Origin: Myxococcota bacterium
Lineage (GTDB): Bacteria; Myxococcota_A; UBA796; JAJRTE01
NCBI GenBank assembly: GCA_024278455.1
Contig: JAJRTE010000022.1
Coordinates: 10,539-74,538, forward strand
DNA: 64,000 nt
Direction of reading: 5' to 3'
The notes beneath the pieces are model-generated. The model was not told the origin of the DNA. It saw only the letters and a program-made list of their open reading frames with translations, and made no database searches. Both the position numbers and the translations under genes were made by a program. This document shows, piece by piece, positions 40,522-50,852 of the stretch (position 1 is its first letter; every line of letters begins with the position of its first letter).

Positions 40522-42819
40522 TCAGGGGACCCCGCCGGGAGACCCAGAGCGCGATGCCGGTAGGACTCCCTCGAGACGCGCCGCCTGCTCCACCGATTCG
40601 AAGACGGCGTCCGACGGTTCGGTGAACTCGGTAATGGTGTAGGGATAGACATCGCTGACCGCCGTGGTCCCCAGCACCTCCTCTGCCACGAACCCGAGCA
40701 ACGCCTTGCGCATGGTCGCGACCAGGGCGGAGTCGGTGTCCGGAGCGGCGCAGAACATGTCCGACGGAATCGCGCGCGTCCCGGTCAGAATCTGCACTTT
40801 GCGCTGGAACCCCTGGTCCACGTGGAAGGCCCGCATAAAGGCCTCGGAGTAGACCGCGGCCACATCGCAGCGCCCGGCGAGGAGGTCCATGATGGCCTGC
40901 ACGTGGGCGCCGCTGAACACGACTCGCGAGAACAGCGTGTCCGGGTCGTACCCCTGTTCGCGCAGGTAGAGTCTTGGAAAGAGGTATCCGCTGGTCGAAC
41001 CCCGGTCCACGTAGCAAATGCGCTTGCCCGCCAGGTCCGCCACCGTCTCGATGCCGCTCTCCGCCGGCACGACGAGCAACCCTTGTGACGCGCTGTCATA
41101 TCGTGCATAAGCGACCGGCGTTACATCGGACCGTGCGTGCCGGGCCAGTACATACTGCACCGGTGGGAGCATGCCGAAGTCGTAGGATCCGGCCTCGAGC
41201 CCGGTCCGCAATGCCCGGTAGCTGGGTGCGACCTCCACGTCGATGGGCCGGGCGATACTGGCCTCGAGGTAGCGTAGCAGGGGTGCGAGTTCGCGTGCGG
41301 CGTCGGTGGTCGGGGAGGCGGGATACAGGCCGATTCTCACCACGGGTCCTGCCGGACGCACGGCAGGTGTGGGCATGGTTGCAAGGGTCAGGGCGGTGAC
41401 GAGGATCAGGCCAAGGGCGACCCCCACGGCCGGCGCCTTCCAGCCCACTCTGGCAGCCAACCGCCGGAGCACGCTTGCCCACGGCCGGGCGGCGCGGCCG
41501 AACACGGGCACATCCGGCACACCACCCCGCTCGGCTCCTCTCCCGCCCGTACCAAGGCGATCCACGCCGGCCTGCGCTCGAGACGCGCCCGATTCGGAAG
41601 CCACGAGCCGGGTGTACAGCGCCTCCAGGCGTTCAACGGCCTGCTTCGATGACGGGCGCTCGGCAGCCACTTTCCGGAGGCACTGGTCGATCAGCGCGGC
41701 GAGGTCCTTGGGCAGGTCCCCGGCGACCTGGGAGACCGAGGGCACCGGCTCGAGGCCGGCCACCGCATCCGGGATGTGTTGGAGCGGGACCCCATGATAG
41801 GGACGCCGCCCGGTCACCAACTGGTACAGAACAAGCCCGAAGGCCCACATGTCGGTCTCGGGACCTATCGGCTCCTCCCGCCACTGTTCCGGCGCCATGT
41901 AGGCGGGCGTACCCAGGAATCGGCTCTTCACCGTGGTCGATTCGCCCCCAGCCAGGCTCTGGAGCCCGGACGCGGTGACGCGAACGTCCTCCATCTTCGC
42001 ACCAACGCCGTCGCCGGTGGACGCCAGTCCCTTGGCAAGGCCGAAGTCGAGCACGCGCAACCGGCCGTCAGCGGGCAGCATGATGTTGCCAGGCTTGAGA
42101 TCCCGGTGCAGCACGCCGTGCTGATGTGCTTCGGCGAGCGCTCGAGCAATCGGCAGGCCCAGCCGAATGGCCTCCTCGGCGCTCGGCACGGTCCGGGCCA
42201 TGTGCTCGCGCAGCGTCAAGCCCTCGAGGTACTCGAGCGCCATGTACGGGCGCCCGGCATGCTCCCCGACGGCATAGATGGAGACGATGTGTGGGTGGTT
42301 GAACCGTGCCGTGGTGCGTGCCTCGAGGAGGAAGCGCTGGCGAGTGGCATAGGAGCCGAGGTAGCCCGGGGAGATCACCTTGAGGGCCACGGGCCTGCCG
42401 AGGGTATCGTCTCGAGCCAAGTAGACCTCTCCCATACCGCCCCGGCCGACCAGGCGCTCGACAACGAAGTGATCCACGACGGTGCCCGGGGCCAACGGCG
42501 CCATGCCAGGGGCCGGGGTCGCCAGCGTCCGGGTCACGGTCGCGGCCGAAACCTCCATGCCCGAAGCGGCGGACAGGGTGTCGACGAGCGCCCGGCAACG
42601 CACGCACTGTTGCAGGTGCCGGCCGATGGCAGACGCCTCATCGAGTGGCACGATCCCATCCAGGACCTGCTGGATCGTGTCGGGGTCGAGGTGTACATGA
42701 TCGGCATCGACGGGGGGAGTGTGCTTCCCGGCCTCGTCGCCGGGCTGAGCCGAACATGCGGGCTGCTCGCCCATGTCGATCGGCACGCCCTGTCCTGGTG
42801 CGTCGTCTCGATCTGTCAC
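40522..42819 (-). CDS. Ser/Thr protein kinase with N-terminal zf-HC2 (anti-sigma-like) segment, TM helix and periplasmic PhnD/SsuA-like phosphonate-binding-protein domain
   Basis: Kinase subdomains GRGGMGEVY, ALK, HRDLKPGNIM, DFGLAK, APE; N-terminal H..C..C motif; C-terminal 300 aa matches PBP phosphonate-binding fold; GTG 42819 has GAGAGG SD (ORF track TTG 42834). Confidence 0.8.
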   Translation of the reverse strand: MTDRDDAPGQGVPIDMGEQPACSAQPGDEAGKHTPPVDADHVHLDPDTIQQVLDGIVPLDEASAIGRHLQQCVRCRALVDTLSAASGMEVSAATVTRTLATPAPGMAPLAPGTVVDHFVVERLVGRGGMGEVYLARDDTLGRPVALKVISPGYLGSYATRQRFLLEARTTARFNHPHIVSIYAVGEHAGRPYMALEYLEGLTLREHMARTVPSAEEAIRLGLPIARALAEAHQHGVLHRDLKPGNIMLPADGRLRVLDFGLAKGLASTGDGVGAKMEDVRVTASGLQSLAGGESTTVKSRFLGTPAYMAPEQWREEPIGPETDMWAFGLVLYQLVTGRRPYHGVPLQHIPDAVAGLEPVPSVSQVAGDLPKDLAALIDQCLRKVAAERPSSKQAVERLEALYTRLVASESGASRAQAGVDRLGTGGRGAERGGVPDVPVFGRAARPWASVLRRLAARVGWKAPAVGVALGLILVTALTLATMPTPAVRPAGPVVRIGLYPASPTTDAARELAPLLRYLEASIARPIDVEVAPSYRALRTGLEAGSYDFGMLPPVQYVLARHARSDVTPVAYARYDSASQGLLVVPAESGIETVADLAGKRICYVDRGSTSGYLFPRLYLREQGYDPDTLFSRVVFSGAHVQAIMDLLAGRCDVAAVYSEAFMRAFHVDQGFQRKVQILTGTRAIPSDMFCAAPDTDSALVATMRKALLGFVAEEVLGTTAVSDVYPYTITEFTEPSDAVFESVEQAARLEGVLPASRSGSPGGVP

Positions 42820-43001
42820 GCGTTCCTCTCGCAAGCTGTCCGGGGGCGGCCCGGTTGCCGAAGTGTCATGCGGTCTACCTGCCGGTTTCAGGCTAACACT
42901 CCGGCTCGGTGCCAGTCAAGGTGGAGGGCGGCGCCGACGAACGCGTACCGCACCCTGTTCAGGAAACGGGGTGAGCTTGCCGAACCGGAAACTGGTCTGG
43001 C

Positions 43002-43030
43002 TTGCCGTCCGTTCGAGTCCGCGCCATAAT
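43002..43030 (+). promoter_or_regulatory. possible promoter TTGCCG-17-CATAAT upstream of OPT transporter gene
   Basis: Hexamers with 17-nt spacing in the STK/OPT divergent intergenic region. Confidence 0.25.
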
Positions 43031-43140
43031 CACGGGACCATGCCGGGGGCTTCGAGGCGCTCGAGGCGGTTCGCGGGGCGGAGCGGACCGGAAGGAATCG
43101 AGGCATGCCGGGAGGGTGATCCAGAAAACAGGAGTGTGTC

Positions 43141-45048
43141 ATGCCAACCCCCTACGTCGCGGCGGAAAGCGCGACTCGAGACTTCTCCCTCAAGGCCGTC
43201 GTGTTCGGCGTGCTGTTCGGCGCCATCTTCGGTTCGGCCAATGCCTACCTCGGGCTCAAGGTCGGGCTGACCATCAGCACCGCGATACCGCTTGCGGTGA
43301 TATCTGTTGCGTTGTTCAAGTTTCTGCAGCCGGTGCTTGGACCGTCGTCGATTCTCGAGTGCAACATCACCCAGACCGCGGGGTCCTCGAGTTCGTCCCT
43401 GGCGTCGGGGGTCATCTTCACTATCCCGGCCCTGTTCATGTGGGGGTTTGCGCCGAGCCTGCTTCAAATGTCGCTCCTGGCAGCGCTTGGGGGCGTGCTC
43501 GGCATCCTGTTCATGATCCCGTTGCGGCGATTCCTCATCGTGCGCGAACACGCCACCCTGCCCTACCCGGAGGGCACGGCGGCCGCTCAGGTCCTGATCG
43601 CCGCCGACCAGGGCGGGGCGACGGCGCGAGCGGTGTTCACCGGGCTCGGCATCGGAGCCATATACAAGGCGTTCCTCAGCTTCCTCCGGGTCATCCCGGA
43701 CGCGGTCGCGATTCGGCTGCCGGTCATCCCCAAGGCCGTCGTGGAACTCGAGACCATGCCGGCGCTCCTGGGCGTTGGGTATATTCTCAACTACCGGGTC
43801 TCCGCGATCATGGTCGCGGGCGGACTGCTGTCGTGGCTGGTGCTGATCCCTGTCATCGCCTGGTTCGGCGCCGGCTCCCAGGTGCCGCTGTTCCCCGAAA
43901 CGGTCCAGGTGATCTCGGACATGAGCGCATCGGCCTTGTGGAGCCGCTACGTCCGGTACATCGGCGCGGGCGCCGTGGCAGCGGCCGGGATTCTGACCGT
44001 CATCAAGTCTGTCCCGACCATGTACGACTCGTTGCGCGTTGGACTGGCCGGGCTGCGAGGAGGCACGGGACAAGAGCGGGCGGCGGGCACGGCGCGAACG
44101 GATCGCGACTTGCCCATGACCGTGGTGTTCGGTGGGGTCGCGCTGGTCATCGCGGTGCTCACCCTGCTGCCCAACGTCATCGGGGTCCACACGAACCTGG
44201 GGATGCGCGCCGTGGCGGCCGTCTGTATCGCCGTGTTCGCGTTCATGTTCGTCACCGTGTCGTCGCGTATCGTGGGATTGATCGGCGTCTCGTCCAATCC
44301 CACGTCGGGCATGACCATCGTGACACTCCTGGGTGTCAGCCTGGTATTCAGCCTCCTGGGCTGGACGGACGATTTCGGCAAGGCCACCGCGGTTACCATC
44401 GGGACGGTGGTGTGCGTGGCCGCGTCGATCGCCGGCGACATCTCCCAGGATCTCAAGAGCGGGTTCCTCCTCGGGGCGACACCCGCGCGGCAGCAAACAG
44501 CCGAACTGCTCGGCGCCGTCTTTTCCGCCGCGTTCGTCTGCCTGGCCGTATGGGTCCTGGGAGAAACCTTCACGTTCGGTTCCGAGGCGCTCCCCGCGCC
44601 CCAGGCCACGCTCATGAAGACCGTGGTCGATGGCGTCCTCTCGGCGAACCTGCCATGGGGACTGGTGTTGACCGGCGCCGCCATCGCGATAGTGGTGGAA
44701 CTGCTGGGACTTCCGTCACTGCCGTTCGCCGTCGGGGTCTATCTCCCCCTATCGGCGATGACGCCGGTGTTCTTGGGGGGCGTGGTCAGGCACATCGTGG
44801 AGAGAAGCAAGAAGACGGCACGTGAGGCAAGTGCGGACGGCGACGCCCGAGAACAGGGTATCTTGCTGAGTTCGGGACTGATTGCCGGGGAAGGCATCAT
44901 GGGGGTCGCCCTGGCGGTATTCGCCTTCGTCTCGGGGACCAAGCCCACCGGCATCGGCATGGCGTTGGAAGGCATCCCCGGGCAGATCGCCTCGTTCGGG
45001 CTGTTCCTCCTCCTCGCTGCCTACCTCTACCGCGTCGGGCGGCGGTGA
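43141..45048 (+). CDS. OPT-family oligopeptide transporter
   Basis: 635 aa, about 16 TM helices, OPT family conserved blocks; AGGAG SD 6 nt upstream. Confidence 0.8.
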   Translation: MPTPYVAAESATRDFSLKAVVFGVLFGAIFGSANAYLGLKVGLTISTAIPLAVISVALFKFLQPVLGPSSILECNITQTAGSSSSSLASGVIFTIPALFMWGFAPSLLQMSLLAALGGVLGILFMIPLRRFLIVREHATLPYPEGTAAAQVLIAADQGGATARAVFTGLGIGAIYKAFLSFLRVIPDAVAIRLPVIPKAVVELETMPALLGVGYILNYRVSAIMVAGGLLSWLVLIPVIAWFGAGSQVPLFPETVQVISDMSASALWSRYVRYIGAGAVAAAGILTVIKSVPTMYDSLRVGLAGLRGGTGQERAAGTARTDRDLPMTVVFGGVALVIAVLTLLPNVIGVHTNLGMRAVAAVCIAVFAFMFVTVSSRIVGLIGVSSNPTSGMTIVTLLGVSLVFSLLGWTDDFGKATAVTIGTVVCVAASIAGDISQDLKSGFLLGATPARQQTAELLGAVFSAAFVCLAVWVLGETFTFGSEALPAPQATLMKTVVDGVLSANLPWGLVLTGAAIAIVVELLGLPSLPFAVGVYLPLSAMTPVFLGGVVRHIVERSKKTAREASADGDAREQGILLSSGLIAGEGIMGVALAVFAFVSGTKPTGIGMALEGIPGQIASFGLFLLLAAYLYRVGRR

Positions 45049-45090
45049 TGGCGCAGGAGCAGCAACCGCCGGGAGGAGGGCGGCACGCCA

Positions 45091-45876
45091 TCAGGCATGG
45101 AGCACGACCGGATACTGCCTCAGGGCGGACTTCAGCTTGCGACGTGCCCTGAGTTCGATCTGGTGGATCCGCTGCCGAGAGAGGTGGAGGTACTCCCCAA
45201 TCTCCTTCAGCGTCCAGGCCCGGTCGCCCAGGTACCGCCGTTCGATCACCTCCCGCTCCTGCGACGTGAGGTCCTCGAGCGCCTCTCGCAGCCACGCCTG
45301 GTGATGCCTCGATGCCTCGCGATCCATGTACTCCGACTCCTGGGTCGGGCGGTCGTCGGCAATCGTGTCGTACATCGTCTTCCGGGTGCTCCACGCCGGG
45401 GTCTGATCGAGGGAAATCTCCACCATCCGCGACCATGCTCCGTGCGATGCCGGTGCCTGCCGCCCCCCTCCCCCGGTGGTGCGCTCCGCATTCGACAGCG
45501 CCGTGGTCACGCGACTCGCCTTGTACCTGCGCTGCAGGAACCGCTGGATGTAGGCGCGAATCCACCAGGAAGCGTAGGTTACCAACCGCACATTCCGCTC
45601 TGGATCGAACCGCTCCACAGCCTGGAGCAGGCCCAGGTTGCCTTCCTGGACCAGTTCGGCAAGTCCGACTTCGGGATGCGTGTACTGCACCGCTATCTTC
45701 ACGACCGCCCGGAGGTTGGACCGGATCAACCGATGGGCAGCGTCCAGGTCTCGCGTGTCACGGTACTTCCGCGCGAGCACCACCTCCTCCTCTCGAGACA
45801 GCGGTTCGCAGTCTCGCAATCCCTTGAGGTAGTGGGTCAGTGGGGTCGCTGGCAGCTTCCGCTCTCGAGGGGTCAT
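45091..45876 (-). CDS. sigma-70 family RNA polymerase sigma factor (RpoH-like/group 3 architecture, no RpoH box)
   Basis: Region 2 (LVQEGNLGLLQAVERFDPERNVRLVTYASWWIRAYI) and region 4 HTH (TLKEIGEYLHLSRQRIHQIELRARRKL). Confidence 0.8.
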   Translation of the reverse strand: MTPRERKLPATPLTHYLKGLRDCEPLSREEEVVLARKYRDTRDLDAAHRLIRSNLRAVVKIAVQYTHPEVGLAELVQEGNLGLLQAVERFDPERNVRLVTYASWWIRAYIQRFLQRRYKASRVTTALSNAERTTGGGGRQAPASHGAWSRMVEISLDQTPAWSTRKTMYDTIADDRPTQESEYMDREASRHHQAWLREALEDLTSQEREVIERRYLGDRAWTLKEIGEYLHLSRQRIHQIELRARRKLKSALRQYPVVLHA

Positions 45877-46231
45877 CGTGGTATCCTCCGCGTGTTCGGT
45901 TTCCTGGTCTGCCTTCTACCTGTGCATGGTGTGGACCAGGAACCCGAGTCGTGGGTTTTTGGTAGCCTCCCCTACAGTTCCCTGGCGGATACCACGATCT
46001 GCCTGCCGATCTTGCAGATCCCGGCGCGCCCGACCTGTCTCCAGGTGTCTCGATGAGACGGTCCGGAACCGATTTGAGACGCCCGAGACACTCGAACGTC
46101 AGGCAGGTCGCACCCGGCCCGCCTCGAGACCGCCGGCGCGATGTGTACGATTTTGGGGGTACCTGGGCTCCGGCGGGGAACAACAGGTCGGGAGGTCTCC
46201 CCGGCCGAAAGCCCGGCTAGGTTGGCGGGCT

Positions 46232-46882
46232 TCAGAAATGGAAATTCGAGCTGCCGGCTTCTTGCTGGGAGTTGAACAGTTCCTGGATCTCCCGCTCCGA
46301 CAGATCCGACAGGCCGGACAGGAGCATGGCGACGTTGTCCTTCTCGAGGAGCTTCACCATGTAGTTCACGTATACGCGCAAGGTCGGGGCCGTGATGCCG
46401 TCCTCGAGGGGCAGGGTGATGATCGCCCACACCTCGCCGTCGGAACTATCCCAGCTATACTTGAGGAACTGGTGTTCGAAGTTGAGGTTCATCATGTAGC
46501 TCAACATCATGAGGTTGATCAGCATTCTCTCTTCGGACTGGTTGTCGAGGCTTACGGTGCCGACATCGGGTGCGACGATGTTCAACTGGTCTCCCTCGGC
46601 GGCGTGCAGCACGAGGCGGTGCTTGGCGTCTTCCCCCGCCACGGAGATGATGAAAAGGTCGTCCTTGCGGTCGAACTCCCAGCCAAGCCGGCGAATATGG
46701 TCGCCCAGCACCTCGGGGTCGACCGAAGGAGGACAACTGCCGCTCATCCCGCCCGCCTGACAGTTGCTGAGGTCCCTGGTGCATGTCCTGTAGTCTTGGT
46801 TGCATTGATCTACGGTGTGTTGCAACGTCGTGCAACAGCCTGACGCCGCAAGCGCCACGCTCAAGCAAACCAGCCATTTCAT
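46232..46882 (-). CDS. Cys-rich lipoprotein with YbjN-like (T3SS-chaperone-like) domain
   Basis: Lipobox LAASGC, 7 Cys in first 45 mature residues, C-terminal YbjN-like pattern; local GC lower (about 58%) than surroundings. Confidence 0.6.
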   Translation of the reverse strand: MKWLVCLSVALAASGCCTTLQHTVDQCNQDYRTCTRDLSNCQAGGMSGSCPPSVDPEVLGDHIRRLGWEFDRKDDLFIISVAGEDAKHRLVLHAAEGDQLNIVAPDVGTVSLDNQSEERMLINLMMLSYMMNLNFEHQFLKYSWDSSDGEVWAIITLPLEDGITAPTLRVYVNYMVKLLEKDNVAMLLSGLSDLSEREIQELFNSQQEAGSSNFHF

Positions 46883-47200
46883 GGAGTCACCTCAAAAGGC
46901 TCGTGGTGGAAAGGAGCACACGCCAGGACCGGGAATGGCACGAGCGCGAAGGGTCTGTTCAGCCCTTTTCGCGAGCGTACCACGCTGCCAACCTCGAGAT
47001 CAAGGGTTGCATGGGAAATGGTGGCCGGACGCCCGGTGCCGCGGCAACCCCGCCCATGGGGACTTGCCCCTGGGCGGGCTGGCGGCGGGCCTCGCAAGGT
47101 CGGGGAAAAACTCATCAAACGCCCGGTGAAGGCCCGGGCTGTGGACAGAAGCACCACTCCAAGCTACGCTATGGTCACAACCCTGCACGACGAGGTGATC

Positions 47201-48238
47201 ATGAGCCACTCGAGAGCCTTCCTGGTATGCATGATGCTCGCCTCGCCTGGCGTGGCCATGGCGGCGGGACTTACACAACACCAGTTCATGGCGGACATTG
47301 CTCGCGACCTGGTCACGAATGCGGATCTGGAGGCATGTCTCTCCGAGAACCGGAACGCCTACCTGATGGGCGCGCCTTTCCCGGACACGGGCTGGGTCGT
47401 GTTCGACGACCCCTTGTCGGAAGATGCCCACAGCCCGGCCTTCATCAGCGCGTTCGTCGAGCACATCCGCGAAACCTATCCCTACCCCTACGCGGAGCAG
47501 CAGCGCCTCATTTCCTTCATGATGGGCGTCGCGTCCCACGTCGCCGATGACCCGCCGTACCACTCGGGATTCATCCAGGCCGTTGCCGAGCACGACTTCC
47601 GCGGCGACTACGACCTGGCCCACACCATGTGCGACGCCGGTCTCGAGTTCATTGCCATCGTCGACCACGACCGGTGGGAGGACGTGCCGGAGTACTGGCT
47701 GCCTCTCCGGGACATCGAGCAGGTGTATGCGCGGCTGGGGTCCTCCTATGACCGTTGGGAGTTCGTCCTGGGCAACATGATCCTGATCGTCGCGGAAGAG
47801 GCGGAACGCTGGGTGGCGTCGCCGTTGTACCGGCCGCTGGAGCGGGTCATGCCCTGGGCGGTGGCCAACTACTACACCTATCCGGACGGCGGCCTGCTCA
47901 ACGGCGGGGAGATCGCTGCCGGCTACTACCTGGACACGTGGCGGGCGCTTTTCGCGTCGCCGGGCGCCGCCAGGCTCGGCCCGCTGGCTGGAAGTGGACT
48001 CGCCGCCGATGATCGGGCCCGCATTCACCGTGACCCGGCGATCGCCTTCGCCAGGCGAAGCCTAGAGGATGGCGTCGTCCGCATCGAGGTCTCCTACGAC
48101 TCCGACGGGAGCGTCACGCTACGTGGTCCGGTCATCCTGGACATGGATGCCTGGACTGGTGGAGTGAACGAACTGGCGCGGGCGTTTTCCGGCGCAATGC
48201 AACAGGGCGGTGTCCGGGGCGGAACGAGGACGCCGTGA
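47201..48238 (+). CDS. secreted hypothetical protein, possibly Zn-dependent phospholipase C / P1-nuclease superfamily
   Basis: Signal peptide MSHSRAFLVCMMLASPGVAMA; His/Asp clusters (SHVADDPPYH, AEHDFRGDYDLAH) reminiscent of PLC Zn ligands; GAGGTGA SD; ORF track opens 47018. Confidence 0.4.
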   Translation: MSHSRAFLVCMMLASPGVAMAAGLTQHQFMADIARDLVTNADLEACLSENRNAYLMGAPFPDTGWVVFDDPLSEDAHSPAFISAFVEHIRETYPYPYAEQQRLISFMMGVASHVADDPPYHSGFIQAVAEHDFRGDYDLAHTMCDAGLEFIAIVDHDRWEDVPEYWLPLRDIEQVYARLGSSYDRWEFVLGNMILIVAEEAERWVASPLYRPLERVMPWAVANYYTYPDGGLLNGGEIAAGYYLDTWRALFASPGAARLGPLAGSGLAADDRARIHRDPAIAFARRSLEDGVVRIEVSYDSDGSVTLRGPVILDMDAWTGGVNELARAFSGAMQQGGVRGGTRTP

Positions 48239-48368
48239 CCGTTCGACCGGCGTTCCGGCGTGGCCGTTCGAGGTGGGCCCCTGCCGTTTCGCGCCGGAGG
48301 TGCCAGCGCACCTGCCGCGTTGACGCCTCGTGCGTCGATGGCGAGAACACGCGCAAGGGGGACATCGC

Positions 48369-49325
48369 ATGACCGAGGGGCCAGTGCCGGGCGACACCCG
48401 GGAAACCGTGTACCCTTTCGAGCGGAAGAAGAGGACGAGGCGCCAGCGGGAGGAGGCGGAGGCGATCAGGGAGATCCTGGGGGCCCGACTCGGTCTCCCC
48501 GCCCTGGACACCCTGCCTCCCGAGGTCCGTGACCTCCTGCTCAAGTATACCACCGCATGCCACCTCAACATCGCCTGGTACCAGTCGCAGCGGGAGCGGG
48601 AAATCAGGCTCTACCGCGGGTTCTTCGCCCTGACCGTACTCCTGGTCGCAGGAACGCCCGCCGCCGTCACCTTCCTCTCCACGTCGCTCGACGCCTCGCT
48701 TGCTCCCCTGGTGACCGCCGTTCTCGCGGGCGTGTTCGGCACGCTCAAGTCTCTCGCCGCCATCCTCGAGCAACGCAAGCTCGTGGGGCTGTTCTGGAAA
48801 GCGGAAGCCGATCTGAAGACGGACCTCTACGCATTCGAGGACCGGTGGCGCGGGAAGGTCCTCGAGGAGCCTGGTTTCGGCGAGGAGCCTGTCACCGGCG
48901 TGCGGGTGAAAAAGGACTTCATTCGCGGCCTCCACCTGCAGATCCAGAAGGCGGAGCAGACGCGAAGGGAGGAACAGGACAAGTTCTTCTCACGGTTCGA
49001 TCGCGTGCCGTTCGACGTTACCGAGGTGATTTCTGGAGGAACGCGCCGCGCGGAGGGTGTGGTGAAGACCTTCTCCTCGAGCGAGAAGAGTCCGTCCGAA
49101 CTCGAGGGGGAGGTCGAGCGGGCGCGTTTGAAGCTTTCCTACATCGAACAGCGGCTGGCTGCGGCCGGTGCGCGGTTGGCAGCCCTCGAGGGAGACACGA
49201 CGACGCTGGGCGACACCAGCCGCCAGGTCCTGGTGGACGAGATCGAGCGCTTGCATGCCCTTCGGTTCGACACGGAAACGGAGATTTCGGAGAAGCTGGC
49301 ACGGGTCGGCCGGCTGCATTCGTGA
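48369..49325 (+). CDS. SLATT/DUF4231-like 2TM protein with C-terminal coiled-coil
   Basis: WY...REIRLYRGFF, two TM helices (ALTVLLVAGTPAAVTFL; LAPLVTAVLAGVFGTL), then LFWKAEADLKTDLYAFEDRW block typical of SLATT-clan proteins; AAGGGGGA SD; stop overlaps next gene region. Confidence 0.55.
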   Translation: MTEGPVPGDTRETVYPFERKKRTRRQREEAEAIREILGARLGLPALDTLPPEVRDLLLKYTTACHLNIAWYQSQREREIRLYRGFFALTVLLVAGTPAAVTFLSTSLDASLAPLVTAVLAGVFGTLKSLAAILEQRKLVGLFWKAEADLKTDLYAFEDRWRGKVLEEPGFGEEPVTGVRVKKDFIRGLHLQIQKAEQTRREEQDKFFSRFDRVPFDVTEVISGGTRRAEGVVKTFSSSEKSPSELEGEVERARLKLSYIEQRLAAAGARLAALEGDTTTLGDTSRQVLVDEIERLHALRFDTETEISEKLARVGRLHS

Positions 49326-49327
49326 CC

Positions 49328-50851
49328 ATGCGCGTACTGTTCGTTACCTCCCTCACCGGTGCCATCACGCCGCGGCACCCGCTCAGGTCGCCGGAACAGA
49401 TACAGTTCGGCATATCCTACCTTTCGGCCGTACTCCGCCAGCACGGCCACGAGACGCGCCTCGTGGTCCTCAGCCACGCCTGGGGCCGACGCAACCTCCA
49501 CCTCGTGAACCAGGTCGCACGCGACTTCCTCCCGCAACTGGTGCTCTTGACCGCCGTCACGTCGGAATTCCCGTTCATCTCGACCATGGCGTCCCGGTTG
49601 CGGAAGCGGTTTCCCGGCGCCTACCTCGTGCTCGGCGGACCGCACGCCTCCCTGCGTCCGGATGAGGCCATCCAGGCCGACGTCGACGCCGTCTGCGTGG
49701 GTGAGGGGGAGGAGGCGGTGGTTCAACTCGCGACTCAGATCGAGACCTTGAACGGACCACACGCCGTCGCGGGGTTGTGGATGAAGGTGTCCGGCCGGAT
49801 CGTGCGCTACCCCCCCGGCTTGCGGGTCGAGGACCTCGACACCCTGCCCTACCCGGACCGGGACATCTGGACGCCCTGGATCGATCCCACCTCACACGGG
49901 CGCCCCGCCGTGCTCCTCGGCAGGGGATGTCCATTCCTGTGCACCTACTGCTGCAACCACGCGCTGAGACGCACCGCACCGGGCACCTACGTCCGACTTC
50001 GACGCCCGGACGCCATCGTGGAGGAAATCGAGAACCTCGTGTCCCGATCGACACGGGTGGCGGACCCACCGCGAGAAATCGCCCTCGAAGTCGAATCCAT
50101 CGATCTGGATCGGCGCTGGGCCCTCGAGCTTTGCCACCGGCTCGAACGGTTCAACGCTGGCCAGGAAACCCCGGTGGGGTTTGCCACCAATTTCCGGGTA
50201 CGCCGGCGCATCGACCCGGAACCTCTCTTCCGTGCCATGGCTCGAGCCGGGTTTCGTGGGGTCACCATCGGGCTCGAGGCCGGTAGCGACCGGATTCGGA
50301 GGGAGGTGCTGCGCCGTGCCTGCACGACCCAGGACGTCCTCGACGGGGTGCGGTGTGCGCGGCGACACGGCTTGCGGGTGGTTCTCCAGAACATGATAGG
50401 GGTCCCGGGCGAGACCGAGGAGGACGCGATCGAGACTGCGCTGCTCAACCGGGTGCTGCGTCCGGACCGGTACTACGTGAGCATCTTCCACCCGTACCCG
50501 GGGACAGAACTCCATGCAACCTGCCTCGAGCGGGGCCTCGAGGTGCGACCGCTGCGTGGCGGAAGGGAACGAAGCGTCCCGGTCATCGATCCGCCCGAGT
50601 TTCCCGCGAGACGCATCCGTCGCACCTACGTCTGGTTCGACCGGCACGTCCAGGAGGGCGTTGCACCGTGGCGGCAGATAGCGCCTCGAGTGTTCAAGGC
50701 ATGGGTGAGAACGCACCCACGCCTCGACGAAGCAGCTCAGCGTATCAGGGCGATGCTGTCATGGCGCGAGGTGCGCCTGGGCCCACGCCGCGGTCACGTT
50801 CCCGCACGCGCACATCGGCCGGCACGCCTCTCGAGGCCCGGGGGGGCATGA
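49328..50851 (+). CDS. B12-binding domain radical SAM enzyme (class B rSAM, likely methyltransferase)
   Basis: N-terminal cobalamin-binding Rossmann-like domain, CPFLCTYC CxxxCxxC cluster motif; ATG 2 nt after upstream stop. Confidence 0.85.
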   Translation: MRVLFVTSLTGAITPRHPLRSPEQIQFGISYLSAVLRQHGHETRLVVLSHAWGRRNLHLVNQVARDFLPQLVLLTAVTSEFPFISTMASRLRKRFPGAYLVLGGPHASLRPDEAIQADVDAVCVGEGEEAVVQLATQIETLNGPHAVAGLWMKVSGRIVRYPPGLRVEDLDTLPYPDRDIWTPWIDPTSHGRPAVLLGRGCPFLCTYCCNHALRRTAPGTYVRLRRPDAIVEEIENLVSRSTRVADPPREIALEVESIDLDRRWALELCHRLERFNAGQETPVGFATNFRVRRRIDPEPLFRAMARAGFRGVTIGLEAGSDRIRREVLRRACTTQDVLDGVRCARRHGLRVVLQNMIGVPGETEEDAIETALLNRVLRPDRYYVSIFHPYPGTELHATCLERGLEVRPLRGGRERSVPVIDPPEFPARRIRRTYVWFDRHVQEGVAPWRQIAPRVFKAWVRTHPRLDEAAQRIRAMLSWREVRLGPRRGHVPARAHRPARLSRPGGA

Positions 50852-50852
50852 G

